DNA of 63,682 nucleotides, filler included, from Folioceros fuciformis (Eukaryota), in the NCBI GenBank assembly GCA_049999805.1. It is 4 parts of 3 records of this genome, joined end to end, with 100 filler letters (N's around TTAATTAATTAA, not from the genome) between each part and the next. Parts side by side here need not be neighbours in the genome. Positions count along the whole stretch, not along the records: positions 1 to 30,830 come from JBNGIO010005931.1; 3 more parts are not named here. One strand, 5' to 3'. How positions within the stretch are numbered: the first letter of the stretch is position 1; each line of letters starts with the position of its first letter. The position numbers were made by a program, and so were the translations under genes. Positions 1-12,275 of this stretch are shown here, in pieces. A model generated the notes under the pieces. The model worked only from the letters and a program-made list of their open reading frames with translations, had not been told where the DNA came from and did not search any database.

Positions 1-845
1 GGCCGGGCCATGGCCGCGCCCCTCAGCGGGGCCTGGCGGCCCGCGGCGAGACGGCCCACGGCCAGGCGGCCTGGTCAGGCGGGGTTGCCTGGCCCCCTCA
101 TGGCCGGTGCCCCCCACGGGATGGGTGCCCCCTCTGGGAGCCTAGCGCCTTGTGGCCTGGGTGCCCCCGGTGCCTCGCCCGGGGTCTAGTGCCCTGGCCT
201 AGTTGGGAACCCGGGGCCTGGTGCCTCTATTGGCCGGGCCTAGCCGCCCTTGCTGCCTGGGCGCTCGCCTGCCCTCGCCTTGCGCTCCCGCGCTGCAAGG
301 GGGTTAGAGACCCTTGGTCTCGCGATGCCCTCCGCAGGATGGTAGGCACCTAGGCGCACTGCGCCCCTCTACCGCCCGACGGCTGGGTCTCCGGCTCCTG
401 CTCCTGCTCCCGCTCCGCACTGCAAGGGGGTTTAGAGACCCTTGCACCTAGCAGCGTGCTCACTTCGAAGCCGCCTTGTGCACCTTATCCGCAGCAACGA
501 GAGCCATCACCCTTGCTCCACAATCCAAGCTCCACAACCTGCGCTCTGATACCACTTGAAGGACCGCTCCAAGAGCTACATGGTGAAGGAGGAGAGGAGG
601 AGGCAAGGAGGAGGAGAAAGAGAGGTCACACTCTCACAATGAGTCTCAATAGCAGGGGAGCTCAAGGGGGTTTATATACCCTCTAAAAGAGCTCCCTAGG
701 AAGCTTCACAAGAAGCGCACAGGAAGCTGCACAAGAAGCTTCCTACATATTAGCTTAAGCTAATCTAAACTAATGGTACTTAACTAGACAGTAATCTTAG
801 ACTAAACACATTAGTCTAAGCACATTGGGCTTTAATAACCCTACA
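1..845 (-). mobile_element. 5' end of an LTR retrotransposon: LTR (557-845), tRNA-iMet PBS (543-554) and GC-rich leader
   Basis: gctctgatacca at 543-554 is the reverse complement of the PBS TGGTATCAGAGC. The adjacent 557-845 segment is bounded by TG...CA and has a tttatata TATA-like motif. The leader contains a duplicated ctgcaagggg-ttagagacccttg block. Confidence 0.8.
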
Positions 846-899
846 GAAGATGTAATGTTGATGACTTCCTGGACGGTGGCTGTAGACAGAACCAAAAGG

Positions 900-1493
900 T
901 CAGAAGCAAGTGGAAGCAATTGAGGAACAAGTAAAGGAAACATGTATGCTCACAGAACAAAAAACAACAAAACAAAGGGGATACTTACAATAGTGGCTGA
1001 TCACGTGCCCATGGAACTTCTTGAAGTCTGCGACATGCACCCTATGCATGACAGTAGAACTCCTCTTACACTTATACCACACAGGCGAACGTGGGTTATC
1101 AACTGTGCCTAGGGTTATGATCTTGGTATTCTTTTCGAAGGCACCCTCAAGAAACGCAGAAGGTGCATTAGGCGTTTGCTTTCCCAAATCATAGCAAACT
1201 GTAGCTGCTTGTAAGGCATAATCAGTCTTATGTTTGAAACTTGCTGAAGTCCTTGCCACCGCTGAAGCAGAAGGTGGTTGAACAGTAACCCTGGAAGGAC
1301 CGCCCATGTCTTCAGCGATTATGGCTTTGTACTTCTCGCGAAGAGATCTCCTCTTCAAAAGCTTGGCTTTGGTAGGGCGTCCTCTCTTTCGTGGCGGCGT
1401 TCCCTCAGCAAAAAACATCCTTCGCGTTTGCAACACGAGAAGGTATGGAGGACAAGGAAGTTGTCCTAGCCTCATGCTTTGCAAATCGACCAA
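900..1493 (-). CDS. Exon of an unidentified gene with an AT-hook (PPRKRGRP) and a possible chromo-shadow-like C-terminal segment; truncated by the LTR at 845
   Basis: 197-aa ORF with KRGRP. A GTAAGT donor follows ...VISHY near 988. A telo-box AAACCCTA lies upstream on the minus strand near 1804-1811. Confidence 0.35.
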   Translation of the reverse strand: MVDLQSMRLGQLPCPPYLLVLQTRRMFFAEGTPPRKRGRPTKAKLLKRRSLREKYKAIIAEDMGGPSRVTVQPPSASAVARTSASFKHKTDYALQAATVCYDLGKQTPNAPSAFLEGAFEKNTKIITLGTVDNPRSPVWYKCKRSSTVMHRVHVADFKKFHGHVISHYCKYPLCFVVFCSVSIHVSFTCSSIASTCF

Positions 1494-2089
1494 GGTGATC
1501 TCTTAGGTGCTTGCGCCCCTGAGGCGTAGAAGAAAACATGGTCACAATCGTGCTGAGAACAAGTTTGCGAGCTACAGCGGAGATAAAGAACAAGAGCGCA
1601 ATGAAGGCACCCAACCTTATATGCACTGGCTTTTCACAGACGTGATGTAGACAGTATAAGGTAAGGGATTGAGAAGGCGTAACAAGGAACCTGCGCCTCA
1701 AACATACACATACAAGCTCACTCATAATGGAGAGTACACAATGAAAACCCAAGGCATCGTCAACAAGTGGGATTGAAGAAGGAGATACGTGCTCACGGCT
1801 CCCTAGGGTTTACGGTTTTTATATATGGCTTATCAGTTAGATAATAAGTTATAGATAAGCATTATATATACAGATATATAAAGTCATAGCTTTTCGTTAA
1901 GAGATGTGCCCTTAGCGAAAAGGCACACCTTTAGAAAGCTTTTAATAACCAACTTACATGTTCGTTTTTAATTAATTCAATGTATGATCTTTAACCTAGA
2001 ATAAGATGTAATTGCTTTAAGAGAAATTGGTCTATATAACCCTCAAATAATTTCAGCTTGCTTACCATCAGTTCAAGCTGCAGTTCCCT

Positions 2090-3490
2090 CTATTCCTCCA
2101 GAACCTGTTACACTTACAGAGGCATTTACTGGTCCTGATAAAGTCAAGTAGAAGATAGCTATAGATGATGAATTTATTAGTCTTATTTAGAATGGTACTT
2201 GGAAGCTCGTTCCAAGCCTAGCAGGCCGCAAACCCATCACCTGTAAGTGGGTCTTCAAACATAAACTCAATGCAGCTAGGGAGATAGCGCGATATAAGCA
2301 CGTTTGTGTGCTCATGGGTTTATGCAAGGTCAAGGGTTAGACTTTCAAGAAACCTTTTCTCCCGTAGTCTGTTCTCAATCCATTCGTCTCATGCTGGCCC
2401 TTGCTACTAAACTTGACTTAGAGCTGGAGCAGATGGATGTGAAGACGGCTTTCTTGCATAGCATTTTAGAAGAAGAGCTATATATGGAATAGCCATAAGG
2501 CTATGAGGATCCTAGACATCCAGACTGGGTTTGTAAGCTCATAAAGTGTATTTATGGCCTTAAACAAAGTGTAGAACAACGGAATGCTAGGTTAGATACT
2601 TGCCTGAAGTCCTTGGGTTTTAAGCAAAGCCCTGCAGATCCCTTGGTGTATATCTATGATGATGAAACAACCTATGTTTTGCTGGCCATATATGTTGATG
2701 ACGCCATATTTGCTTCCAATGACAAGCCATTATTAGCTAGAGTTCAAGGTATGCTCTGCAAGGAATTTGAAATGACAAATGTTGGAGAACTGAAGTTCTA
2801 CCTGGGCATTCAAGTCCTTTGAGTTTGTGAGCAAGGCATGATCCATTATCCATCAACACAAGTATATATCTAAGATCCTGCATCGATTTCACATAGCCAC
2901 TACACACCCTGCTGCTACTCGTACCAGACTCAGTAAAGATGACTACCCCACCTCAGCTCTGGACAAGGCAAACATGAAGGACGTACCTTATAGGCACGCT
3001 GTTGGTAGCCTTCTTTTCGTTAGCAACTGGATCAGGCCAGACATCACTTATGTAGTTAACATTGCCTCTTAGTTTCTTGAATGCCCTGGACGCAGCCACT
3101 GGATGGCGGTTAAGCGCATCTTCAAATACTTAAGAGGTACCCTTTACCTTGGCTTATGTTATAAGCGGACTGGCTCAGTTCCTACCTTGCAAGGGTTTAC
3201 AGATGCCGATTGGGCTTCTGATTATGATTCTCGTAGGAGCTTGTCTACTTATGTTTTCCTCTTATCCTCCACTGCCATTAGCTAGTCTTGCAAGAAACAA
3301 ACGAGCATAGCTCAGTCTAGTACAAAGGCAGAGTACAAGTGTTTGACAAAATCAGCAATAGAGGTCGAGTGGGAGAGAGCTTTTTTGTTGTTTGTCCATA
3401 CCGAACAGCCTGAGCCAACCATCCTTTTCTGTGATAGTGCATATGCTTTAGAGCTTATCGAGCATCCTCACTTTCATGCTCGAACCAACC
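2090..3490 (+). mobile_element. Degenerate Ty1/copia reverse transcriptase-RNase H fragment
   Basis: Motifs CKWVFK, QMDVKTAFLH, YGLKQ, LAIYVDD, GFTDADWA...SRRS; multiple stops and frameshifts. Confidence 0.93.
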
Positions 3491-3744
3491 TTGCTTGCTT
3501 ACAACAAAGCTAACTCCACACACTGTCCTTTACATCTGCCTTGGTGGATCAAGCTTCATAGACACATGCAGTCGTGGGAGCAGTTTTATATATAAAACAA
3601 AATTCCCCTACCGTGTCAGAGCTACTATCTCCGCTCCTTCCTCTTTTTCACTGTAGTCTGTGCCTTGTGTACATCATAGCCTCCTTTTGATAGGTCATTC
3701 AGAAGCTTCTCGAATTCATCAGCTGTTAGGTCGCGTTCATCTCC

Positions 3745-3954
3745 TTATGTGTTGGGCTTGACTGAAATCATGTCCACAAGTTGTTTCGCACTGAGCTTGA
3801 CTGCCTCTAATTCCTTCTCCAGTTTTGCACACTTTTCATCCACGTTCATGAGATACAACATTAGTTGTTTGTCTGTGGTCCTTGGCCACTTCCCGCTGGG
3901 AGTCCCTGAGCTTGAGCTTCCTTCCTTTTCTACCTCACTTGCTCCTCCTGCCAT
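3745..3954 (-). other. Short ORF with a coiled-coil-like segment (possible TE accessory gene or gene fragment)
   Basis: MAGGASEVEKEG...VDEKCAKLEKELEAVKLSAKQL has an ATG start and a heptad-like pattern; no family recognised. Confidence 0.2.
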
Positions 3955-5722
3955 CTTGGATCTGGGTTGAGAGGTATGTCCACAGATCCACTTTCTGACC
4001 AATCTGAAAGGCTGTTGGGAGCAACGAAGGGGTCACTACAATCAGAAATAGGATTAGTCAGATGAGGCAGCTCACTACGAAGACCATGGGGACGATTTCC
4101 TTGTGTGCTGACGCCATCTTCACGCGGAGTTTGTGCGAGGTGCTATGGATTCTTCACATGGAGCCAGTGCAAGCACTCGCATACAACGTTGATTGTGGCT
4201 AGTGTGAGTACCCACGAGTGGTTGAGCGCAGCTTCTAGGTTTAGTGTTTCATATCAGGCGCTTCGAATCGCATTTATTAATTAAGTTTCTATTATTAACC
4301 CTTTCGAGATTAAGTGAACATGTTAGATTAATTGCCTCTTAGGGTTAATTATACGTACTTAGACATACTTTATTTAGGGTACTTACCATATATGTATATA
4401 TGTGTTCATTTGTGTTCTTTAATTTAGTTGACTATTGCACCTTGTCGTGTGCTTCTTTCCCCTCTTGCATGCTTAGCATATCTTAGATATCTAATGCTTG
4501 AGGGTCTACCACAGAAGTTGGGGGACACCCACATCTAAATTTGATCTTCGTTGATCCTACAACGGTTTTCGGCCTCAAGGAACTATCACGATGCCATTTG
4601 TGAAGGAAGAGAACAAAGTGAAAGAGAGTTGAGGATAGGGGATAAATCGGGCAAACAACGAGGAGCACAATGAGAGAGAGTGGAGCATAGTAGCGCGAGG
4701 GAGGGTGCGGAGTTGCAAGCTAATTTGGAATGGCATGGAGGAAGGGGAGGAGGAGAGCGGAGCAGAGAGGGAGTGTAAAGTCGAGCAAATAGTAGTGTAA
4801 GAGCTTACATTGCCAACTCTACAACCTTCCGAAGACGATTATGCTCTCGTGCTCTCATGGCGATTCGTACATCAGATTTTGATTTGATTGTGAACCGTGT
4901 TAGGCTTCCAGCCAATCGGCGTAGTCCGGACCATTGAACTCCACATGCCCTCCCACTCTGTGAATCCAAAAGTGGTGACCAACCAAAACTTTAACAAAAA
5001 GAAAATCATCATATAACTCAAGGTCGGCGAAAGGTCCATCGGTTCGTCGTCAGAGTAGGACTTGGATTATTTGGTGATAATAAGCTATTATACTTTGATG
5101 TGTACTTCCTATTAATGTCTTCATGCATGGTTTATGCCATAACATCCGTCTCCTAATGAATAAAGTTTTTTTTTTTTTTAGAATCCAAAGACTTTGTACT
5201 CAAAATGTACATCAAAGTCATGCACTTTGGACTATTATTTGGAATAATCCCATGGACATGCAGGCACTAACAAGTTAAGTTTTTAATCCATAGTCTATGC
5301 GCATTCAAAAAACCAAGGCTTGATTACTACCTGAGTATAAAAAGCTCTCTATTCAAGCCAAGGGCGCTTGATTGTGGAATTCAAATGATCCTTGAAGAAA
5401 GAAGAGAGGACTGACAAAATCAATGAAGAGCATAATGGTATATCATACATTTATTGGTTTATTTTTTCTCCATTTAATATCCTTTGTATGCTTAAATTGT
5501 ATCTAGAGATTATTTAGTGTGCTTTGTATGCGATTAGGATACTGCGACTTCAGCAATTTGTGCAAAACACAGAGTCCAGCGCAAGGGAGAAAAGAAAGAA
5601 TCTGCTCCGAGCAGGAGAGAAGAAAGAATCTACTCCGAGCAGTGGAGAAAATGTAGATTTATGTTGCGAGTGAGGGCCGGGAGCAGGGTTTCGAGAAAAG
5701 GATTGCTGGTGTCCAGAGTCTC

Positions 5723-5911
5723 CACGTGGACTCATAATATCTCCTACTTAAGTGCAAGCCGATGGAACGGGACGTGGCATGTGCCACTCACGGTCATTGC
5801 GCCCGGCTGTACAAATGAGGTGCAAGCAAAAGATAGTGGTATGGGATGGCATCATATGGCATACCGAATTTGATATGGCTGACATGGCTATGCCAAGTTT
5901 GAGAAATATCT
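5723..5911 (+). promoter_or_regulatory. Putative circadian/light cis-elements upstream of the PRR gene: G-box, ABRE-like and evening-element-like motifs
   Basis: CACGTG 5723-5728, AATATCT 5736-5742, ACGTGGC 5772-5778 and AAATATCT 5904-5911, about 400-580 bp upstream of the PRR ATG. Confidence 0.55.
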
Positions 5912-6304
5912 GTGCGTCCTCTCCCCTCTTCGCTTTTGATTTGCCGCCGCGCTGACTGCGGTTGTCTCCACTGGTTGCCTGAGTGCCGTCGTGCCCGTGT
6001 GCGCCTGGTGTCGCTCGTTGCATCCTTCTGGCCTAGCCTCCCAGGTGCTAATTGGCATCGCATATGCGTTCATGACTTGTACTTTTCTCCTTGTTTCGTG
6101 TTTTGGGCAAGCATTTGTACATGGGAACGAAGTCGCGTGCCGTTTCCGGTGGGGATTGAGCCTGCGCAGTCTGCTGCCCCGCGCTTCTCCACACAGATGC
6201 CTCACGGGTGTTTGTTTCATTTTGGGGAGGCAGAGGTACCTCGCTGACGCCTAGATTCCTGGTAAACATCCCCCTGGAGGTCGCAGCTGAGAGCTTGCCT
6301 GCTC

Positions 6305-9300
6305 ATGACTGCAAATTTTGGTGACGGCCGGACTGAGACAACCCCTGGATGTTTTCACAACGGTGACCGAGATTTCCAGGATGGAGCTGCCTCGGCAGAG
6401 GCGAATGCCTCGGGGCTTTGTGCTGCAGATGCTGTGCAGGACGGACTCCACACTGTCGGAGAATGCAGTGACCAGATCCGACCCTGCGACACCTCAGCTA
6501 ACGCTCTCGCAACGCAGGCTGCACCCCACAATTTGTTAGCCTCTTCAGCCGCTAGGAGTGGGCCGGACGGCAGGTTGGAAGCATCCGGGGAGTTTTATTG
6601 TCGAGACCGCGAAGTGCAGGATGATTCCGACGATGAGGATGGTACAATTGCTGAAGTGGGCTCCCAACCCCCCACTGAACCGCCACCGCCTCCACCTCAA
6701 CCGCAACACACAGCTCATCAAGGTGCCAGCGAGGGTTGGGAAAGTTTTCTCCCTCAGCGTCACCTGAGGGTGCTGCTGGTGGAGGACGATGATTCCACGA
6801 GGCACGTCGTGGGCGCTCTCTTGCGAAACTGTAGTTACGAAGGTACTCGCAACCTGAGAATGCCTCTGAAGTATCGCTCTCTTTTCATCTTTCTTCCCGT
6901 GGAATCCGTTGTCCACGAGCCAGAATAGTGTGCGATGCCTATTGACGGTACCTGTGATCTCAGGGCCCTTTCGTTCCCGTTTTCCATTTCTGATTTGTGC
7001 TGTTCTCAGTGATCTCGGTTGGCAATGGATTGCAAGCTTGGGAGCTATTGGAAACGCCCAGCAACCATTTCGACCTTGTGCTGACTGACGTAGTTATGCC
7101 ATGCCTATCCGGGGTTGGACTGCTCTCCAGGATCATGAGTCTTGACCCTGGGAAGCGAGTTCCTGTTGTCAGTAAGTTATTCGTGTGGCATTTGTTCAAG
7201 TTTTCGCCATCGCTGTATAAACCCCGAACGCGTGACTGACTGGTATGTGCCCATAACTCGCTACTGCAGTGATGTCGTCACACGATTCCATGGACTTCGT
7301 TTTCAGATGTCTATCGAAAGGTGCTGCGGACTACCTTGTGAAGCCTGTCCGGAAGAATGAGTTGAAGAACCTGTGGCAACACGTCTGGAGGAAGTGCCAC
7401 AGTGTGAGCATAGGGCTTTTCAAGCTTATGTCTGCTGAATGTGCTGTCCCAGTTTCTCATTCATGGGCTCACCATTGAATGTACGTTGTGTTCCTGTTAG
7501 TCAAGTGGCAGCGGCAGCGGCAGTGGCAGCCAAACTGGGAAAGTGATGCGGGCAAAGAGCAGAGCTGGTTCTGGGAACAACAGTGGCAGTAATGATGGCA
7601 GTGATAACGGTAGCAGTGGCTTAAACCTGAGAGGTGGGAGTGACAATGGCAGCGGAACGCAGGTAATTGTGTTGCATGTCGTCGCGAAAACAGAGACTTA
7701 GTTGTACGCTGGGTCTTGCGCAATCGGTGTCAAATTCACTATTTCTAACGGCCATAAGATCTATAGATCCTTGAACACTAGAAAAATCACTTTTAATCAC
7801 TATTTGTCAGCTTGCTGTGTACACTGCAGAGTTCTTGGACTAAAAGAGCTATGGAAGTGGAAAGTCCTCAACAGGGAGGCGGACGTGATCCGTGCGGCCC
7901 CTCGCATGTGATCTCTTGTGACTGTCCCCCTCCACAGGCAAGGGTTGAAGATTCTAAAGGTCAGCGCCCCTGCAAGGAAGAAGAGGGGCATGAGTCTCAG
8001 GATAAACCCATTGGTGAACTATCTGTTGTGCAATGGTTTCCTTTCTGTTCTTTTGTCCGTGTTCATGCGTTCCTTAATTACTTCAACTCAGTTACTTGTT
8101 CGTTCGCAGAACGTGAACCTTCTCATGATGTGGAATCAGTTAAAAAGAGAGCTAATATGAACCTGGAAGGGGGAATGGGAGATGCAGTCCTTATGATAGC
8201 TGAATCTGGTACTGGTGAGGACGCTGCTGGATCAGACAAATGTCAGGAGCAGCTGAATGTCAGAAAGGATGCGGTGGTGGCTGCGACCCCACCTTATGAA
8301 CAGCGTTCCGAGCCTATGGATTTGACTGCCACTATTTCCCGCCAGGCAAAGGCGGATGCAGCAGATCCTGGTGAGGCTACAAAGGGAGAGGGCGAGATGG
8401 GTGCAAGTAACAGCCCTGTTACGAAGGACAAGACTGGGTCTGACTCCAATTCCTTACCCACTCTTGAGTTGTCTTTGAAAAGGCCTCGTGCTGCAGGAGA
8501 GCATGAGGGGGAAACTGACGACAGGCGAGTTCTGAGGCAATCCGGAGGCTCTGCCTTTTCGAGGTATCAAACGGGTGATGAAAGTATTTGTCTGGGACGC
8601 AGCAGATTTTAGAACATCTGTGTCCTGCAGTTTCGCTTGCTGTGTGTGTCTCTCATTGTGGGTTATGTCGCCGCAACTGTCAGTTGATGGGCCTTAATGC
8701 TAGGTTCTGCTCTGAGCTTGCAGGTACAGCACCAGTGTTGTCAACATGCCCCAGCAATTCACTGTGGGTAACGTTCTTTTGAATGGACCTCCTACTGGAT
8801 TTGGAGGTCAACCTATTTCCCAGGGGGTTCAGAGAACAGCCAACCCCAGTCTATTGCACATAGGATTGGGGAAAGATGGGGCAGGATCTTGCAAAGGCAG
8901 TGAACTTTCAACACAGTTTCTAGGTCATCCAAGCATTTCCAACAATTGCAATGGGCAAGATATGAGCTCTTCGATTGTTGGCCCGTCAGGACAGGATGGG
9001 TTTTTGGGTGCCCGACATGTTAAGGATGAGGCCGTATCCTTGGTGCCTGGCTCTGGACAAGCAATACCAGTGTCAGGGTCATTACCTCCTTCTGGTCTGA
9101 CCTATGAGGGGCTGTCTGCGGCATTTGGGCCATCCATGCACCCAGGATTTTACCCTCACCCAGGAAGTTCACCTTGGGCATCTGGGACAGGTCAGCTCCC
9201 CGACAGGGAACTGTTTGACAGGTTGGCTCCTTTCCATGAGCATGGGCAGCTTTCACATCCACAGGCACATAGATACACACAAAACCATGGCCTCCATCAG

Positions 9301-9994
9301 CCTCATCCTGATGAGGAGGTGCACCATCATCACCATCACTACTCAATTGTACCTCAACCTCCCACGGCAGCGCAGCAGGACGATAAGATGCTTGGATGTG
9401 CTGGTGTCCGATTAGGGCACCGGTGTGGTTCATCAAATGTGGCTGGACATGTTCAAGATGGATGTCATGCCCAGAGTGGTAGTAGCAACTGCCATGGAAG
9501 CAATGGGAATTTGAATGGGAGTGTGAATGGAAGTGCTTCTGGGAGCAATAACGCTGGCAAAGGAGGAAATGGAGATAGTGGGAACAACAATGGAAATGGG
9601 GATAGTGGCACAAATAATGCGACGCAGGGTAATAGCGGAAGCGGTAATGTGACCGGCTCGGGAGACATGGGAGTTGGTGGAACTGGCAATACCAATGGTG
9701 GTGGGAGTAGTGCACCAGTAGTTGGCTCTGAGACAACGAAGTTTTCAAGACGGGAAGCTGCGTTGAACAAGTTCCGGCAAAAGAGGAAGGAACGTTGTTT
9801 CGAGAAGAAGGTAAAATGCTCTACAATTTGTGAAAAGGAAAGGAATATTGATAAGTGAATATTGATGAATAAACTTGAATGTGCAGGTCCGTTATCAAAG
9901 TAGAAAACGACTGGCTGAGCAGCGGCCACGCGTTCGAGGACAATTTGTCAGGCAAGCCGTGTATGAATCGGCCGCTGGCGATGTTGAGCAATAA
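6305..9994 (+). CDS. PRR7: Circadian clock (pseudo-)response regulator, PRR3/7-like: receiver domain, EAR motif and CCT domain; 8 coding exons
   Basis: Exons approx. 6305-6842, 7010-7171, 7270-7403, 7501-7662, 7830-8013, 8110-8563, 8724-9810, 9887-9994, all GT-AG and in frame. Motifs: [117 protein letters not shown]. Confidence 0.95.
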
Positions 9995-10150
9995 CAAATC
10001 TTTCTTTCCGAAAAAACACATGTGCTAATGCGAAAAAAACCAGGAAAAATACATGTGCGAATGTGAAACAAAACACGCAACAAAGCATAAATTCAAAATT
10101 GATTATTCTCCATTTTTTCTACAACGATGTGAAAAAAGCTATAACCGTCG

Positions 10151-12153
<2,003 letters not shown>

Positions 12154-12275
12154 GCTGTATCCGGCGCAAGTGCGGTACAACGTGGCACTGGCTGAAGGGC
12201 TTGCCTTTCACGAATGCGAGAAACTTGGGATAAACGGACAACCAAGACCTCGGATTAAAACGATCAGCGAAGAAA

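Noticed and set aside
1..540. GC-rich ORFs and possible foreign or bacterial DNA
   Set aside because: Lies directly downstream of a PBS, so it is best explained as a retrotransposon leader.
9020..9929. Long antisense ORFs (242 and 154 aa) over PRR exon 7
   Set aside because: Shadow frames of the Gly/Asn/Ser low-complexity coding sequence.
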